DNA from: an uncultured Actinomycetes bacterium
GTDB lineage: Bacteria > Actinomycetota > Thermoleophilia > UBA2241
Direction: 5' to 3'
Assembly: GCA_963709345.1 (NCBI GenBank)
Contig: CAVPVX010000004.1
Coordinates: 200,914 to 264,913, forward strand
Length of the DNA: 64,000 bases
The translations under genes and the position numbers were made by a program. Shown one piece after another: positions 1 to 8,810 of this stretch. Within the stretch, counting starts at the first letter, position 1. Each line of letters starts with the position of its first letter. The notes under the pieces are model-generated. The model made no database searches. It worked only from the letters and a program-made list of their open reading frames with translations, and was not told where the DNA came from.

Positions 1-388
1 CGATCGCTTCCACGAGACCGTCGCCGCCGGCGTGGCCGACTACCTCTTGCGCCATCGCGGGGCCGGTGACGTGCAGTGGGAGATAGGTGAACCCCAGTCG
101 CCTGGCCGCGCTCCTTCGGCGTGGTAGAGCGGGCGGTGCCGGCCGTCGTCACCGCCCGCAAGCGAGCGATCTTCGACGTGGATCGCGGAGACGGCCGCCG
201 ACTCGAGGCTCCGCGCTCAGCGTGCCGTCTTGCAGGCGCTCGCACGCCGCCTGGCCTCCGCGCGACCCGTTCGAAGCACTCACCTGCCCCGGCTTGACCA
301 GCGTCAAGAATCCAGACTGCGTCAGTCGGGAATCGTCACAACGATCACCATCTGCCCCACGCGGGCGCCAGCGAGGAACGGAGTCACC

Positions 389-712
389 GTGCAGACCATC
401 ACCGCCGACTTGCTCCCTGTGGCCGACAACCCTCACGGCGTCGATGTGCGACATCTCCACACCAGCCCCCATGTGGTGGTCTCGCAGATCACTCTGGAGC
501 CGGGTGAGGCCGTGAAGCCACACAAAGCGCCGGTCGACGCCTTCTTCTACGTCCTCGAGGGCTCGCCGACGATCGAGATCGAGGGAGAGACCGTCGTGGC
601 GCCGGCCGGGATGCTGGTCCCCAGCGCGGCCCGGCATCTGCACGCGATCCGCAACCAGGCTGACGCCCGCGCGCGCATCCTGCTCGTGAAGACGCCGAAC
701 CCGAAGCCGTGA
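389..712 (+). CDS. cupin domain protein (about 107 aa)
   Basis: C-terminal part of ORF 230..712 reads VDVRHLHTSPHVVVSQITLEPGEAVKPHKAPVDAFFYVLEG...LHAIRN, a typical cupin beta-barrel signature. I chose the in-frame GTG at 389 because GGAG sits about 5 nt upstream; the region upstream of 389 in this frame is low-complexity. Confidence 0.55.
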   Translation: MQTITADLLPVADNPHGVDVRHLHTSPHVVVSQITLEPGEAVKPHKAPVDAFFYVLEGSPTIEIEGETVVAPAGMLVPSAARHLHAIRNQADARARILLVKTPNPKP

Positions 713-731
713 CGCGCCGGGCGGGCCGGCG

Positions 732-992
732 CTACAGGCGCACGGCCACGAGCGAGAGCCCCAGCTCCTCTTCGGTCTCGCGCAGCCGCCCGAGCTGCTC
801 GTCGTCGGGCTCCGCCGGCGCTGCCTGCAGTTGCGGGCCGAGCTCCTCCATCATCTTCTGGAGTCGCTCCTCCCTCTTGGGGTCGAGCGATCGGCAGGAG
901 AAGGCCACGATGGTCAGACCGAGATCGGCCTCCAGCGCCTTGATCCTCTCGAGCTGATCGTCCGGGATGCTTCTCGCGATGTCGCACAGCAT
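732..992 (-). CDS. small hypothetical protein (86 aa), paralog 1 of a 3-copy family: MLC N-terminus, two helix-strand repeats ending ...LGLSLVAVRL
   Basis: The C-terminal 86 codons of the otherwise junk 512-aa ORF 732..2270 form a clean non-low-complexity protein MLCDIARSIPDDQLERIKALEADLGLTIVAFSC...DEQLGRLRETEEELGLSLVAVRL. Its ATG is preceded by a strong RBS (AAGGAGGA + 5 nt). Two paralogs elsewhere in the window (15903..16100 and the C-terminus of 14468..14893) support that it is real. Confidence 0.55.
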   Translation of the reverse strand: MLCDIARSIPDDQLERIKALEADLGLTIVAFSCRSLDPKREERLQKMMEELGPQLQAAPAEPDDEQLGRLRETEEELGLSLVAVRL

Positions 993-1075
993 GTGGATCC
1001 TCCTTGAGTCCGCCAGGGCGTAGTGTACCCAAGGTCCGGCGATACTGAAGGCGGCGCGCCGTCTCGCTCCTCCGG

Positions 1076-2344
1076 TCAGGCGACGGGCATGTCGGCGGAC
1101 GCCTCCTCGGGGGTATCCAAGATGACCTGTTCGTCGCGTGTTCGCCGCGCGATCGCGGCGAACAGGGCGAGGGCGGCGATGCTGGAGGTGGCGATCACGA
1201 TCGCCATCGGCAGGCCGCCGACGCCGCCGCCGATTCCGACGAGTGGTGTCGCGAGGGCGCCGAGTCCCAGGCGGAGCGTGCCGAAGTAGGCTGACGCCGA
1301 GCCGGCAACCTCGGGATGCAGCGAGAGCGCCAGAGCGGTCGAGTCGGGGAACACCACCCCGAGGCTCGCGACCAGAAGGAAGAGCGGGATCGCCAGGGCC
1401 ACGATGCCGAGGCCGCCGATGAGCGTCACGACCAGGACTGCCGTCCCCGACAGGCTGCCGCCGATGAGGCCCGCCGTGAGGAGCTGCCGTGGGGAGAAGC
1501 GAGCGAGCAGACGGTGGTTCGCCTGGCTCGCGATCAGCATGCCGACCGCGTTGATGGCGAACAGCACGCTGAACTTGACCGGCGAGGCGCCGTAAAGATC
1601 TTGGTAGACGAACGACGAGCCCGCCAGGTAGGCGAAGAAGGCCATGAAGGCGAGGGCGCTGGTGACGGCGTAGCCCATGAAGCCGGGATCGCGGGACAGC
1701 ATCGCCATGGTGCGAAGGGTGGGTCCCGGTCCCGTCGCGGAGCGACGCTCCCGGGGCAGGCTTTCGTCGAGGCCGAAGGTGACACTCGCGACCAGGGCGA
1801 TGCCGATACCGGTCAGCACGACGAAGATGCCGCGCCACGAGGTGACGCGGAGAAGCTGGGCGCCGACGAGCGGAGCCACGATCGGCGCCATGCCGCTCAC
1901 GAGGGCGAGTCGTGAGAGCAGGCGTGCCGCTTGCCGCCCGCGCGCGTAGTCGGTGACGACCGCGTTGGCGATCACGATGCCGGAGGCGCCGGCGAACCCT
2001 TGGATGAAGCGGACGCCGATCAGCACCTCGACCGACGGCGTGAGGGCGCACGCCAGGGCCGTGGCGGCGAACACGCCGAGGCCGATGATCAGGGGGAGTC
2101 TCCGGCCGTAGGCGTCGCTCAGCGGTCCCGCAAGCAGCTGACCGAGCGCGAGGCCGGCGAGAAAGGTGGTGACCGTGAGCGCGATCGCCTGCGTCGTCGC
2201 GCCGAGGTCGCTCGCCACCGTGGGAAGCGCGGGCAGATAGAGGTCGGTTGCAAACGGGCCGATGGTGCACAGGGCGCCGAGGATGACGATGAGAAGGGTC
2301 AGCCGCCGCGGGCTGAAGTCGCTGAGTCGGGAAGCATGATCCAC
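1076..2344 (-). CDS. MFS transporter, Bcr/CflA-type drug-efflux-like (422 aa, 12 TM)
   Basis: The 422-aa ORF has MFS motifs (GPLSDAYGRR-like loop between TM2 and TM3) and an alternating hydrophobic helix pattern, starting at a GTG. Confidence 0.85.
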   Translation of the reverse strand: MDHASRLSDFSPRRLTLLIVILGALCTIGPFATDLYLPALPTVASDLGATTQAIALTVTTFLAGLALGQLLAGPLSDAYGRRLPLIIGLGVFAATALACALTPSVEVLIGVRFIQGFAGASGIVIANAVVTDYARGRQAARLLSRLALVSGMAPIVAPLVGAQLLRVTSWRGIFVVLTGIGIALVASVTFGLDESLPRERRSATGPGPTLRTMAMLSRDPGFMGYAVTSALAFMAFFAYLAGSSFVYQDLYGASPVKFSVLFAINAVGMLIASQANHRLLARFSPRQLLTAGLIGGSLSGTAVLVVTLIGGLGIVALAIPLFLLVASLGVVFPDSTALALSLHPEVAGSASAYFGTLRLGLGALATPLVGIGGGVGGLPMAIVIATSSIAALALFAAIARRTRDEQVILDTPEEASADMPVA

Positions 2345-2518
2345 GCCCGGCAGACTACTCTGCCTCCTGTGTCGCCGCTACCTCGCCGCGGCCGTTGTAC
2401 CGTGAGGCGGGCGTCGCGAAGAGGTAGAGTCGGAGGCGCCGCTCCGGGAGAGGGCGGCGACGGAGGGCCGGGAGCGGGGTGGCGCGCGGCCGTGGCCCCG
2501 AGCGACGGAGGTGAAGCG
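2345..2518. promoter_or_regulatory. divergent intergenic promoter region between the MFS gene (-) and the glycosyltransferase gene (+)
   Basis: A 174-bp non-coding gap lies between divergent starts. GGAGGTG sits 8 nt before the GT start at 2519. Confidence 0.3.
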
Positions 2519-3652
2519 GTGCGCATACTCTACGGAGTGGCCGGTGAGGGCATGGGTCACGCGACGCGTTCGCACGCCTTTCTCGCCGACATCGTCGGCG
2601 ATCACGAGGTCCTGATCGTCGCATCCGGGCGCGCCTACGACTACCTCGGGCAGCATTTTCCCCAGGTCCGCGAGATCCTCGGGTTCTCGCTCGCCTACGA
2701 GGACAACGCCATCCGCCGCTGGGAGACGGTCGCCCAGAACCTGCGCGGCGCCGTGAGCGGGTGGCCGGCGCAGGTGCGCAGCTTCTACGAGGTGGCCCGC
2801 GACTTCGATCCGGACGTCGTCGTCAGCGACTTCGAGTCGTTCGTCCTCACCGTCGCCCGACGCGAGCGCGTGCCGGCGATCAGCGTCGACAACATCATGA
2901 TGCTGGACCGTTGCCGCCACGACGAGGGCATCATCGGCGGCGACACCCTGGACTTCGAGCTTGCGCGCCAGATCGCGCGGACGAAGGCCGCGGGCCTGCA
3001 CCACGCCATCGTGCCGACCTTCTTTCGGCCCCCACTGCGGCGCAAGGCGACCACGCTGGTGGCGCCTGTGCTCAGGGACGCGGTGCTCGCCGCCGTGGCG
3101 GAGCGGGGCGAGCACATCGTGGTGTACCAGACGGCCGCGGGCAGCGAGAGCCTTGTGAAGGCACTTCACGAGACGGGGCTGCCCTGCCGGCTCTACGGCG
3201 TGCGTCGCGACCTCGACGACGATCTTGTCGACGGCGAACTCGTGTACCGACCGTTCAGCGAGCCGGGCTTTCTGCAGGACCTGCGTACGGCTCGCGGCGT
3301 CATCGCCGGCGGCGGGTTCTCGCTGCTGTCGGAGTGCGTGTACCTGCGCAAGCCGGCGCTGTCCATTCCCGTCACCGGCCAGTTCGAGCAGACGCTCAAC
3401 GCGCGCTACCTCGAGCGGCTCGGGTACGGGGAGTACGCGGAGGCGCCGACGCCGCTGGCGATCGGCGCCTTTCTCGAGCGCCTGCCCCAGCACGAGCAGG
3501 CGCTTGCCGGCTATCGGCAGGACGGCAACAGCGAGGCGCTCGCCGCCCTTCGCGAGCAACTCGCGCTGATCGCCCTCGAGCACACACACCGTCGACGCCG
3601 CGGCCCACAGGCTTCCGCGCCCCTTGACGGCTCGCCGGGGGCGTCGGCATGA
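2519..3652 (+). CDS. glycosyltransferase, GT1 family (MGT/UDP-glycosyltransferase-like, GT28 C-terminal domain)
   Basis: The real protein begins VRILYGVAGEGMGHATRS (GTG 2519, RBS GGAGG 8 nt upstream). It has the N-terminal G-rich loop GxGxGH and a C-terminal nucleotide-sugar binding region (GGGFSLLSE...PALSIP...QFEQTLNA) typical of GT-B enzymes. The upstream 190 codons of ORF 1931..3652 are Arg/Gly junk. Confidence 0.75.
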   Translation: MRILYGVAGEGMGHATRSHAFLADIVGDHEVLIVASGRAYDYLGQHFPQVREILGFSLAYEDNAIRRWETVAQNLRGAVSGWPAQVRSFYEVARDFDPDVVVSDFESFVLTVARRERVPAISVDNIMMLDRCRHDEGIIGGDTLDFELARQIARTKAAGLHHAIVPTFFRPPLRRKATTLVAPVLRDAVLAAVAERGEHIVVYQTAAGSESLVKALHETGLPCRLYGVRRDLDDDLVDGELVYRPFSEPGFLQDLRTARGVIAGGGFSLLSECVYLRKPALSIPVTGQFEQTLNARYLERLGYGEYAEAPTPLAIGAFLERLPQHEQALAGYRQDGNSEALAALREQLALIALEHTHRRRRGPQASAPLDGSPGASA

Positions 3653-3686
3653 GGCGCGCCGACGCCATGCCGCTTGAGGGAGTAGG

Positions 3687-4385
3687 ATGACGCTCGCCGT
3701 GGCCGTGCCGCTCCTCTGCGTCCTCGCCGTCGTCATGGCTGCCGCCGAGATCGAGATCGAGGGCCCGTACGGGTGGGCGGAGAGGCTTCCCACGCCCTAC
3801 CGTGTGAGCGGCCCCTTGGCGCGGCTCTTCGGTCTCCTCCTCGGCGGCAAGCCGCTCACCGGCTACAACCTGTTGCTGTTCGCGGCGACGCTCGTCGCCT
3901 TCCACCTGCCGTTCGCCTTTGGCGCACCGTGGACGGCGGCGAGCGAGCTCGCGGTGCTTGCCGCCTGGATCGCCTGGAGCGCCGTCTGGGACTTCCTCTG
4001 GTTTCTCCTCAACCCGGCCTACGGCTGGCGTCGCTTCCGGGCGGGCAGCGTGTGGTGGCACAGCCGATGGCTCTGGCGGCTGCCACTGGACTACTGGGTG
4101 GCCGTCATCGCGTCGCTGGTCCTGGCGCTGGCGGCGCAACTTGTCGCCGAGGGCACGCCGGGTGGGGCGGACAGTGCCGGATCCTCCGGTCCCGGCCCTC
4201 TCGCGGCCCAAGCGCTGCTCATCGTCGCCTTCGCCGTCCTCGCCGCCGCCGTCGGCCTGCTCTCGCCGTTCTACCGGAGGCTCCACGCACACACGCATGC
4301 GCCGGCGTTCGACGAGAGGAGCCGGGTGCCCATCACTCCTCCGCCGGGCGAGGCTCGGCCCCAAGACGGCGACGAGGACGGATGA
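3687..4385 (+). CDS. integral membrane protein of unknown function (232 aa, Trp-rich helices)
   Basis: It has 4-5 hydrophobic helices and aromatic-rich loops (WDFLWFLLNPAYGWRRF). It lies immediately downstream of the GT gene on the same strand, so it is possibly a GT partner. An RBS-like GGGAGTAGG precedes the ATG. Confidence 0.55.
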   Translation: MTLAVAVPLLCVLAVVMAAAEIEIEGPYGWAERLPTPYRVSGPLARLFGLLLGGKPLTGYNLLLFAATLVAFHLPFAFGAPWTAASELAVLAAWIAWSAVWDFLWFLLNPAYGWRRFRAGSVWWHSRWLWRLPLDYWVAVIASLVLALAAQLVAEGTPGGADSAGSSGPGPLAAQALLIVAFAVLAAAVGLLSPFYRRLHAHTHAPAFDERSRVPITPPPGEARPQDGDEDG

Positions 4386-4439
4386 CGCCCGGGATCGCGG
4401 CGAATGGCCGCGCCGCTGTCCTCACAGCCGCGCCGCCGG

Positions 4440-4913
4440 TCAGGCCTTCGCGCTCAGGCCTTCGAGCTTCTCATGTAGACGGCGCTGGTGCTTCTCGGTC
4501 TGCTCGCGCAGCGTGTCCACCACTTCGGTGACCTCCGGCGGGTCCCCGTCGTACACGACGAACACCTGCGACTCGATCAGCGAGTCCTCGAGCTTCAGCG
4601 CCACGCGGAATGCCTCCTGCAACGGGAAGCCGGCGGCCGGCGTGATCTGCGCGAGATTCCTCAGCCGCGCCGTGTCCGCCTGCACGTCGGCCAGATCGTA
4701 CTCGCGGTTGTCGACGAAGGCGGCCAGGTCGCGGGTCCGGTCGGGCAACGAGCGCAACAGCGCACCGTGACCGTGCTCGTCGCGTGCGAGGGAGCTCCAC
4801 AGGTCGCCGACCTCGGGGAACTCCTTGGCGTAGGCGGAATAGAGAGCGCTCATCGCCTCTTCGTGCTCCGCCAGCGCAAGTACGACGTCGCGGGGATCAT
4901 CTGTCGCTGCCAT
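4440..4913 (-). CDS. ferritin-like domain protein (about 157 aa)
   Basis: The real part of ORF 4440..5186 begins MAATDDPRDVV... (RBS GGAGG before the ATG at 4913). It has helical E/H-rich motifs (DEHGHGALL, LKLEDSLIESQ) consistent with a ferritin-like/rubrerythrin-like four-helix bundle. Confidence 0.5.
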   Translation of the reverse strand: MAATDDPRDVVLALAEHEEAMSALYSAYAKEFPEVGDLWSSLARDEHGHGALLRSLPDRTRDLAAFVDNREYDLADVQADTARLRNLAQITPAAGFPLQEAFRVALKLEDSLIESQVFVVYDGDPPEVTEVVDTLREQTEKHQRRLHEKLEGLSAKA

Positions 4914-5079
4914 CGGGGTACCTCCATGGGCCGGTTGTGATGGGTTCTGAGGGGCCTCTTCCCGCGTCACACAGCGCTCAATCGCGCGACGTCTGCAGGC
5001 CGCGATGCGGTCCGCACGACCGTTCCGCGGAGTGGTTCGGGCTCTTGACACGCTCCGCCGCGGCCTGTAGGCACCATCT

Positions 5080-6321
5080 GTGAACGCACCTTCGGACCCG
5101 GCCCCAGTCAGCGGCGCGGGCCGCGGCATGAGCCGTGGCCTCATCCTGCTCTTCGCCGTCGCGACCGGGCAGGCAGTGGCGAGCAACTACCTGGCGCAGC
5201 CGTTGCTGGACACGATTCGCGACCGCTACGGGGTCACGGCGGCGGTCGCGGGACTCATCGTCACGACCGCCCAGATCGGCTACGCGGCCGGCCTCATCCT
5301 GTTGCTGCCGCTGGGCGACCTGTTCGAGCGCCGCCGGCTGATTGTCACGCTGGCGGCGATAACTGTCGCCGGCCTCGCGGCCGCGGCGGCCGCGCCGACG
5401 ATCGGCTTCTTCATCGCCGCCGTCGGCGTCGTCGGCCTGACGTCCGTGATGGCGCAGGTCCTCGTTCCCTTCGCCGCGACGCTGTCGTCCGAGGCCGAGC
5501 GCGGCCGCGTGGTGGGCACCGTCATGAGCGGCCTGCTCCTCGGCATCCTGCTGGCGCGCACCTTCTCCGGCCTCGTGGCCGAGGCCGCCGGCTGGCGCGC
5601 CGTCTACGTTCTTGCGGCCGTCCTCATGGCCGCTCAGGCCGTCGTCCTCTATGCCAAGCTGCCGAGCTACCACGAGTCGGCCGGTCTCTCGTACCCGAAG
5701 CTGCTCGCCTCGGTAGCGGCGATCGCGCGCGCCGAGCCGATCCTCCGCCGGCGCTCGCTGTACGGCGCGTTCTCATTCGCCGGTTTCAGCATCCTGTGGA
5801 CGACCCTCGCCTTCCTGCTCGCCGGTCCGCGCTACGGCTACGGCGACGGCATCATCGGACTCTTCGGTCTCGTGGGCGCGGCCGGGGCGCTCACCGCGAC
5901 CGTCGTCGGCCGCTTCACGGACCGCGGCTGGTCGCGTGGCCTCACCGGCGTCTCGGCTGCGCTCCTCCTCCTCGGCTTCGTGTTGATCTGGCTCGGCGAA
6001 CGTTCGCTGCCGGCGTTGCTGGCCGGGATCGTCATACTGGACGTGGGCGCCAATGGCATCCACATCACCAACCAGAGTGAGATCTACCGGCTGCGGCCGC
6101 AGGCACGCAGCCGGATCAATGCGTTCTACATGACGTCGTGCTTCGTGGGCGCGGCCGCCGGCTCGGCGATGGCCGCTCTCGTCTACGAACGCTGGGGATG
6201 GACCGGCTCCTGTGTGCTCGGCATCGTGGTCGCCCTGGCTGCGGTCGGCCGCTGGGCGACCGACCGCGAGCGGCCGCTCTCCGAGCGGGATCCGGTCTGC
6301 GAGGCGCCGCCACCGGCGTGA
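5080..6321 (+). CDS. MFS transporter (about 400 aa)
   Basis: 12 predicted TM helices and an MFS-like loop (GDLFERRRL). The start may be the internal M at 5128 (MSRGLILLF). Confidence 0.8.
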   Translation: MNAPSDPAPVSGAGRGMSRGLILLFAVATGQAVASNYLAQPLLDTIRDRYGVTAAVAGLIVTTAQIGYAAGLILLLPLGDLFERRRLIVTLAAITVAGLAAAAAAPTIGFFIAAVGVVGLTSVMAQVLVPFAATLSSEAERGRVVGTVMSGLLLGILLARTFSGLVAEAAGWRAVYVLAAVLMAAQAVVLYAKLPSYHESAGLSYPKLLASVAAIARAEPILRRRSLYGAFSFAGFSILWTTLAFLLAGPRYGYGDGIIGLFGLVGAAGALTATVVGRFTDRGWSRGLTGVSAALLLLGFVLIWLGERSLPALLAGIVILDVGANGIHITNQSEIYRLRPQARSRINAFYMTSCFVGAAAGSAMAALVYERWGWTGSCVLGIVVALAAVGRWATDRERPLSERDPVCEAPPPA

Positions 6322-6379
6322 CGGCCGCCGAGGCCGCTCGCCGCCACCGTCGTCAGTCACGAGAGGGAAGGGACCAGGT

Positions 6380-7174
6380 ATGAGATTCGTCGACGCGCAT
6401 CTGCACACCGACATGATCGAGGACGTCCAGCTGCAGAAGCTCGTGATGATGGGCATGGAGGCGGCGGTCATCCCGAGTCCGCACATGTTCGTCGGCACGC
6501 ATGACGCGGACACCGTGCTGCTCCTCTGGGAGCGCTTCCTCACGATGGAGGCGACTACCGCGACAACGCTGGGCTACGAGGCCTACACATCGATCTCCGT
6601 GCCGTTCTTCGGGGTCGGCCGCGCCGACGCCGAGCGCTGCCTCGAGCGCATGCCGGAGTTCCTGGCCAACGACCGCGTCGTCGCCATGGGCGAGATCGGG
6701 TTGGACACCGACACCGAGTTCGAGGAGTGGCTGTTCCGCGAGCATCTGCGCGTCGCCAAGGAGCACGACCTGCCGGTGATCCTGCACACGCCCATCCGAC
6801 TGGCGCCGCAGGGGCAGACCGTCACCCCCCGCGTGTTCGAGATCATCAAGGAAGAGGGTTACCCGGTGGAGCGCTGCGTGTTCGACCACGCCGGTGAGGA
6901 GACCATGGAGTTCCGCATGAGCACCGGCGGCATGGTCGGTCTCAGCATCTGCTGGGACAAGATGCCGCCGGAGGCCGCCGCGCGCATCGTCATCGACCAC
7001 CCCGAGTGGCGCGAGCGCCTGATGATCAACTCCGAGCTCGGCGGCATGGGCAACGACTACTTCATGGTCCCGCGCGTACAACTGGCGATGAAGCTCTTCG
7101 GCCTGGACAAGGAGACGATCGACCAGGTCTGCTTCCAGACGCCGCGCGACTTCTTCTCGCTGCCGGTCGGCTGA
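6380..7174 (+). CDS. TatD-family metal-dependent hydrolase (amidohydrolase fold)
   Basis: MRFVDAHLHTD... the DAHxH N-terminal metal-binding motif, GEIGLD, ILHTP and FDHAG motifs characteristic of TatD/YcfH-type hydrolases. The ATG at 6380 is preceded by GAGAGGGAAGGGACCAGGT. Confidence 0.7.
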   Translation: MRFVDAHLHTDMIEDVQLQKLVMMGMEAAVIPSPHMFVGTHDADTVLLLWERFLTMEATTATTLGYEAYTSISVPFFGVGRADAERCLERMPEFLANDRVVAMGEIGLDTDTEFEEWLFREHLRVAKEHDLPVILHTPIRLAPQGQTVTPRVFEIIKEEGYPVERCVFDHAGEETMEFRMSTGGMVGLSICWDKMPPEAAARIVIDHPEWRERLMINSELGGMGNDYFMVPRVQLAMKLFGLDKETIDQVCFQTPRDFFSLPVG

Positions 7175-7536
7175 ACGTATCCCGCACGGGAGCGAGCTTC
7201 CCGGTGAGCCCCCGCACCCGGCGCCGTCTTCGGGTGCGACATAGAAGGACGCCGCCGCCGGCAGCTGACGGTACGTTCTGGCGTCAGGTCGCCTTCCGGC
7301 TTTCGCTCGCGCGTGCTCGACCGGTGGGCCGTCGGCGACAGCGTTCAGGGCGATGAGCATCCGCGCCCCGTGAGGGGCCGCGGGCGTGCTGAGTGGCGTC
7401 ACTGTCGTGGGGCGGCGTCACGTCCGCCGACCAGCCGCGGCGCCCCTTTTTACGAAGTGTTCACACTCTCCGCAAGACCGTCGAACAACTCCGGGGACAC
7501 TGAGGTCGCCACCCGGATCGGAGAGGATGTCTCCAT

Positions 7537-7674
7537 ATGCTTCGTTACTCCGTCATCGCGTGTGCCGCTCTCGCTGCTCTCGCCCCCCTCGCGCGAGTCG
7601 TGTCCCGCGTCCCGAGCAGGGAAGCCATGCCGCCTCGTCTCCCCGGCAGGGGCCGGCGCGGGGAACGCCCGTGA
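7537..7674 (+). CDS. possible small secreted peptide (45 aa)
   Basis: An unlisted frame-1 ORF MLRYSVIACAALAALAPLARVVSRVPSREAMPPRLPGRGRRGERP has a signal-peptide-like N-terminus. It is preceded by GGAGAGG and an unusually AT-rich stretch (CCCCTTTTTACGAAGTGTTCACACTCTCC) in a 570-bp intergenic region. It is speculative. Confidence 0.15.
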   Translation: MLRYSVIACAALAALAPLARVVSRVPSREAMPPRLPGRGRRGERP

Positions 7675-7746
7675 CGATCCTCGAGGACGCACGAGGCGGC
7701 AAGGGCGGCGCGGGACCGGATCGACCGCTCGCTGTGTCCGCCCGCC

Positions 7747-8769
7747 GTGACTGGCGAGAGGGCGGGAGCCGTGGGCCTGGGCAGGATCGGCGTCGGGACG
7801 TGGCCGCTGCCCCACGACGGCCTGCGGCTGCCCGGCGCCGGGCGTGACGACTGCAGAATGCGGTCTGTTCTCCAGCGTGCCTTCGAGATGGGCATCGACT
7901 GGATCGACACCGCGCACAGCTACGACGATGGCGCCGCGGAGGAGGTAGTCGGGCGCTTCGTGTCCGGCCTGCCCGCCGACGTGAGGCCGATCATCCTCAC
8001 CAAAGGCGGCGTGGTCAGGGACATGGCGCTCGGCTGGCCGCGACCCGTGGCCGTCCTGCGGCCCTCCGTCATACGGGCGCAGCTGGAGGCCTCGTTGCGG
8101 AGGCTCCGGCGCGAGGCGGCTGATATCTATCTGCTGCATCATCCAGATATGACGGGCGTTCCCGTCGAGGAGTCGTGGGGCGAGGTCCTCGGGCTCGTCC
8201 GGGAGGGCCTCATCGGGATGGCCGGGCTCTGCGGCTTCGTCGAGGACGACGTCCGGCGCTGCGCCGCCGAAGGCGGGATCGATCTCGTGATGCGGCGTCT
8301 GACCCCGTTGTGCCCTGAAGACGGCGCGGCCGACGCCCGTCTCTGTCGGGACCTCGGGGTCGACCTCGTGGTCTGGAGTCCCGGGCAGACGGGGCGGCTG
8401 CTCGATCCCGCCGCCGCCGGCCCGCTGTCCGGAACGCCTCTTGACACGCCTCGAGACAGGCTCAGGGCGCTCTCGGACACCGATATCGGTCGGGAGCTTG
8501 CGCTCACCGCGGCGCTTCGACATGTCGCGGAGCGGCACGGCGTGACGCCCGAGGCAATCGTGGTGGCCTGGCAGCTGTCTCAGGAGGGCGTGACTGCCGT
8601 CGCGTTTGGCGCCTATCAGGCAGCACACGTCGACGCGTGCCTGCCGGGTCTCACGGTCTCGCTCTCCGCAGACGATCTCAGCGAGATCGACGATGCTTCC
8701 CGGCCGTCACTGGCGATGTGGCGCTCTGCCGCGAGAGAGCCGCCCCGCGACGAGACTCGATCGGTCTAG
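7747..8769 (+). CDS. aldo/keto reductase family oxidoreductase
   Basis: AKR motifs: GLGTWPL, DTAHSYDDG, IILTKGG, and a C-terminal VVAWQLSQEGVTAVAFGA. The start is uncertain (GTG 7747 or GTG 7771). Confidence 0.8.
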   Translation: MTGERAGAVGLGRIGVGTWPLPHDGLRLPGAGRDDCRMRSVLQRAFEMGIDWIDTAHSYDDGAAEEVVGRFVSGLPADVRPIILTKGGVVRDMALGWPRPVAVLRPSVIRAQLEASLRRLRREAADIYLLHHPDMTGVPVEESWGEVLGLVREGLIGMAGLCGFVEDDVRRCAAEGGIDLVMRRLTPLCPEDGAADARLCRDLGVDLVVWSPGQTGRLLDPAAAGPLSGTPLDTPRDRLRALSDTDIGRELALTAALRHVAERHGVTPEAIVVAWQLSQEGVTAVAFGAYQAAHVDACLPGLTVSLSADDLSEIDDASRPSLAMWRSAAREPPRDETRSV

Positions 8770-8810
8770 GCTCGCTGGACCCGGCCCGCCTCGGAAGCCG
8801 CTCTGGCGAT

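Noticed and set aside
2-127. Possible C-terminal tail of a plus-strand gene entering from upstream (...DRFHETVAAGVADYLLRHRGAGDVQWEIGEPQSPGRAPSAW)
   Set aside because: Only 42 codons, with no motif. It cannot be distinguished from a chance open frame.
732-2270. 512-aa minus-strand ORF (and many similar ORFs: 1316..1915, 1931..2518, 3396..4364, 7450..8628, 17749..18927, 30717..32522, 56... etc.)
   Set aside because: These have extreme Arg/Pro/Gly/Ala composition with no domain-like segments. They lie antisense to, or out of frame with, well-supported genes (MFS, AKR, glpK, activase). They are typical high-GC open-frame artefacts. Only the last 86 codons of 732..2270 are a real small gene.
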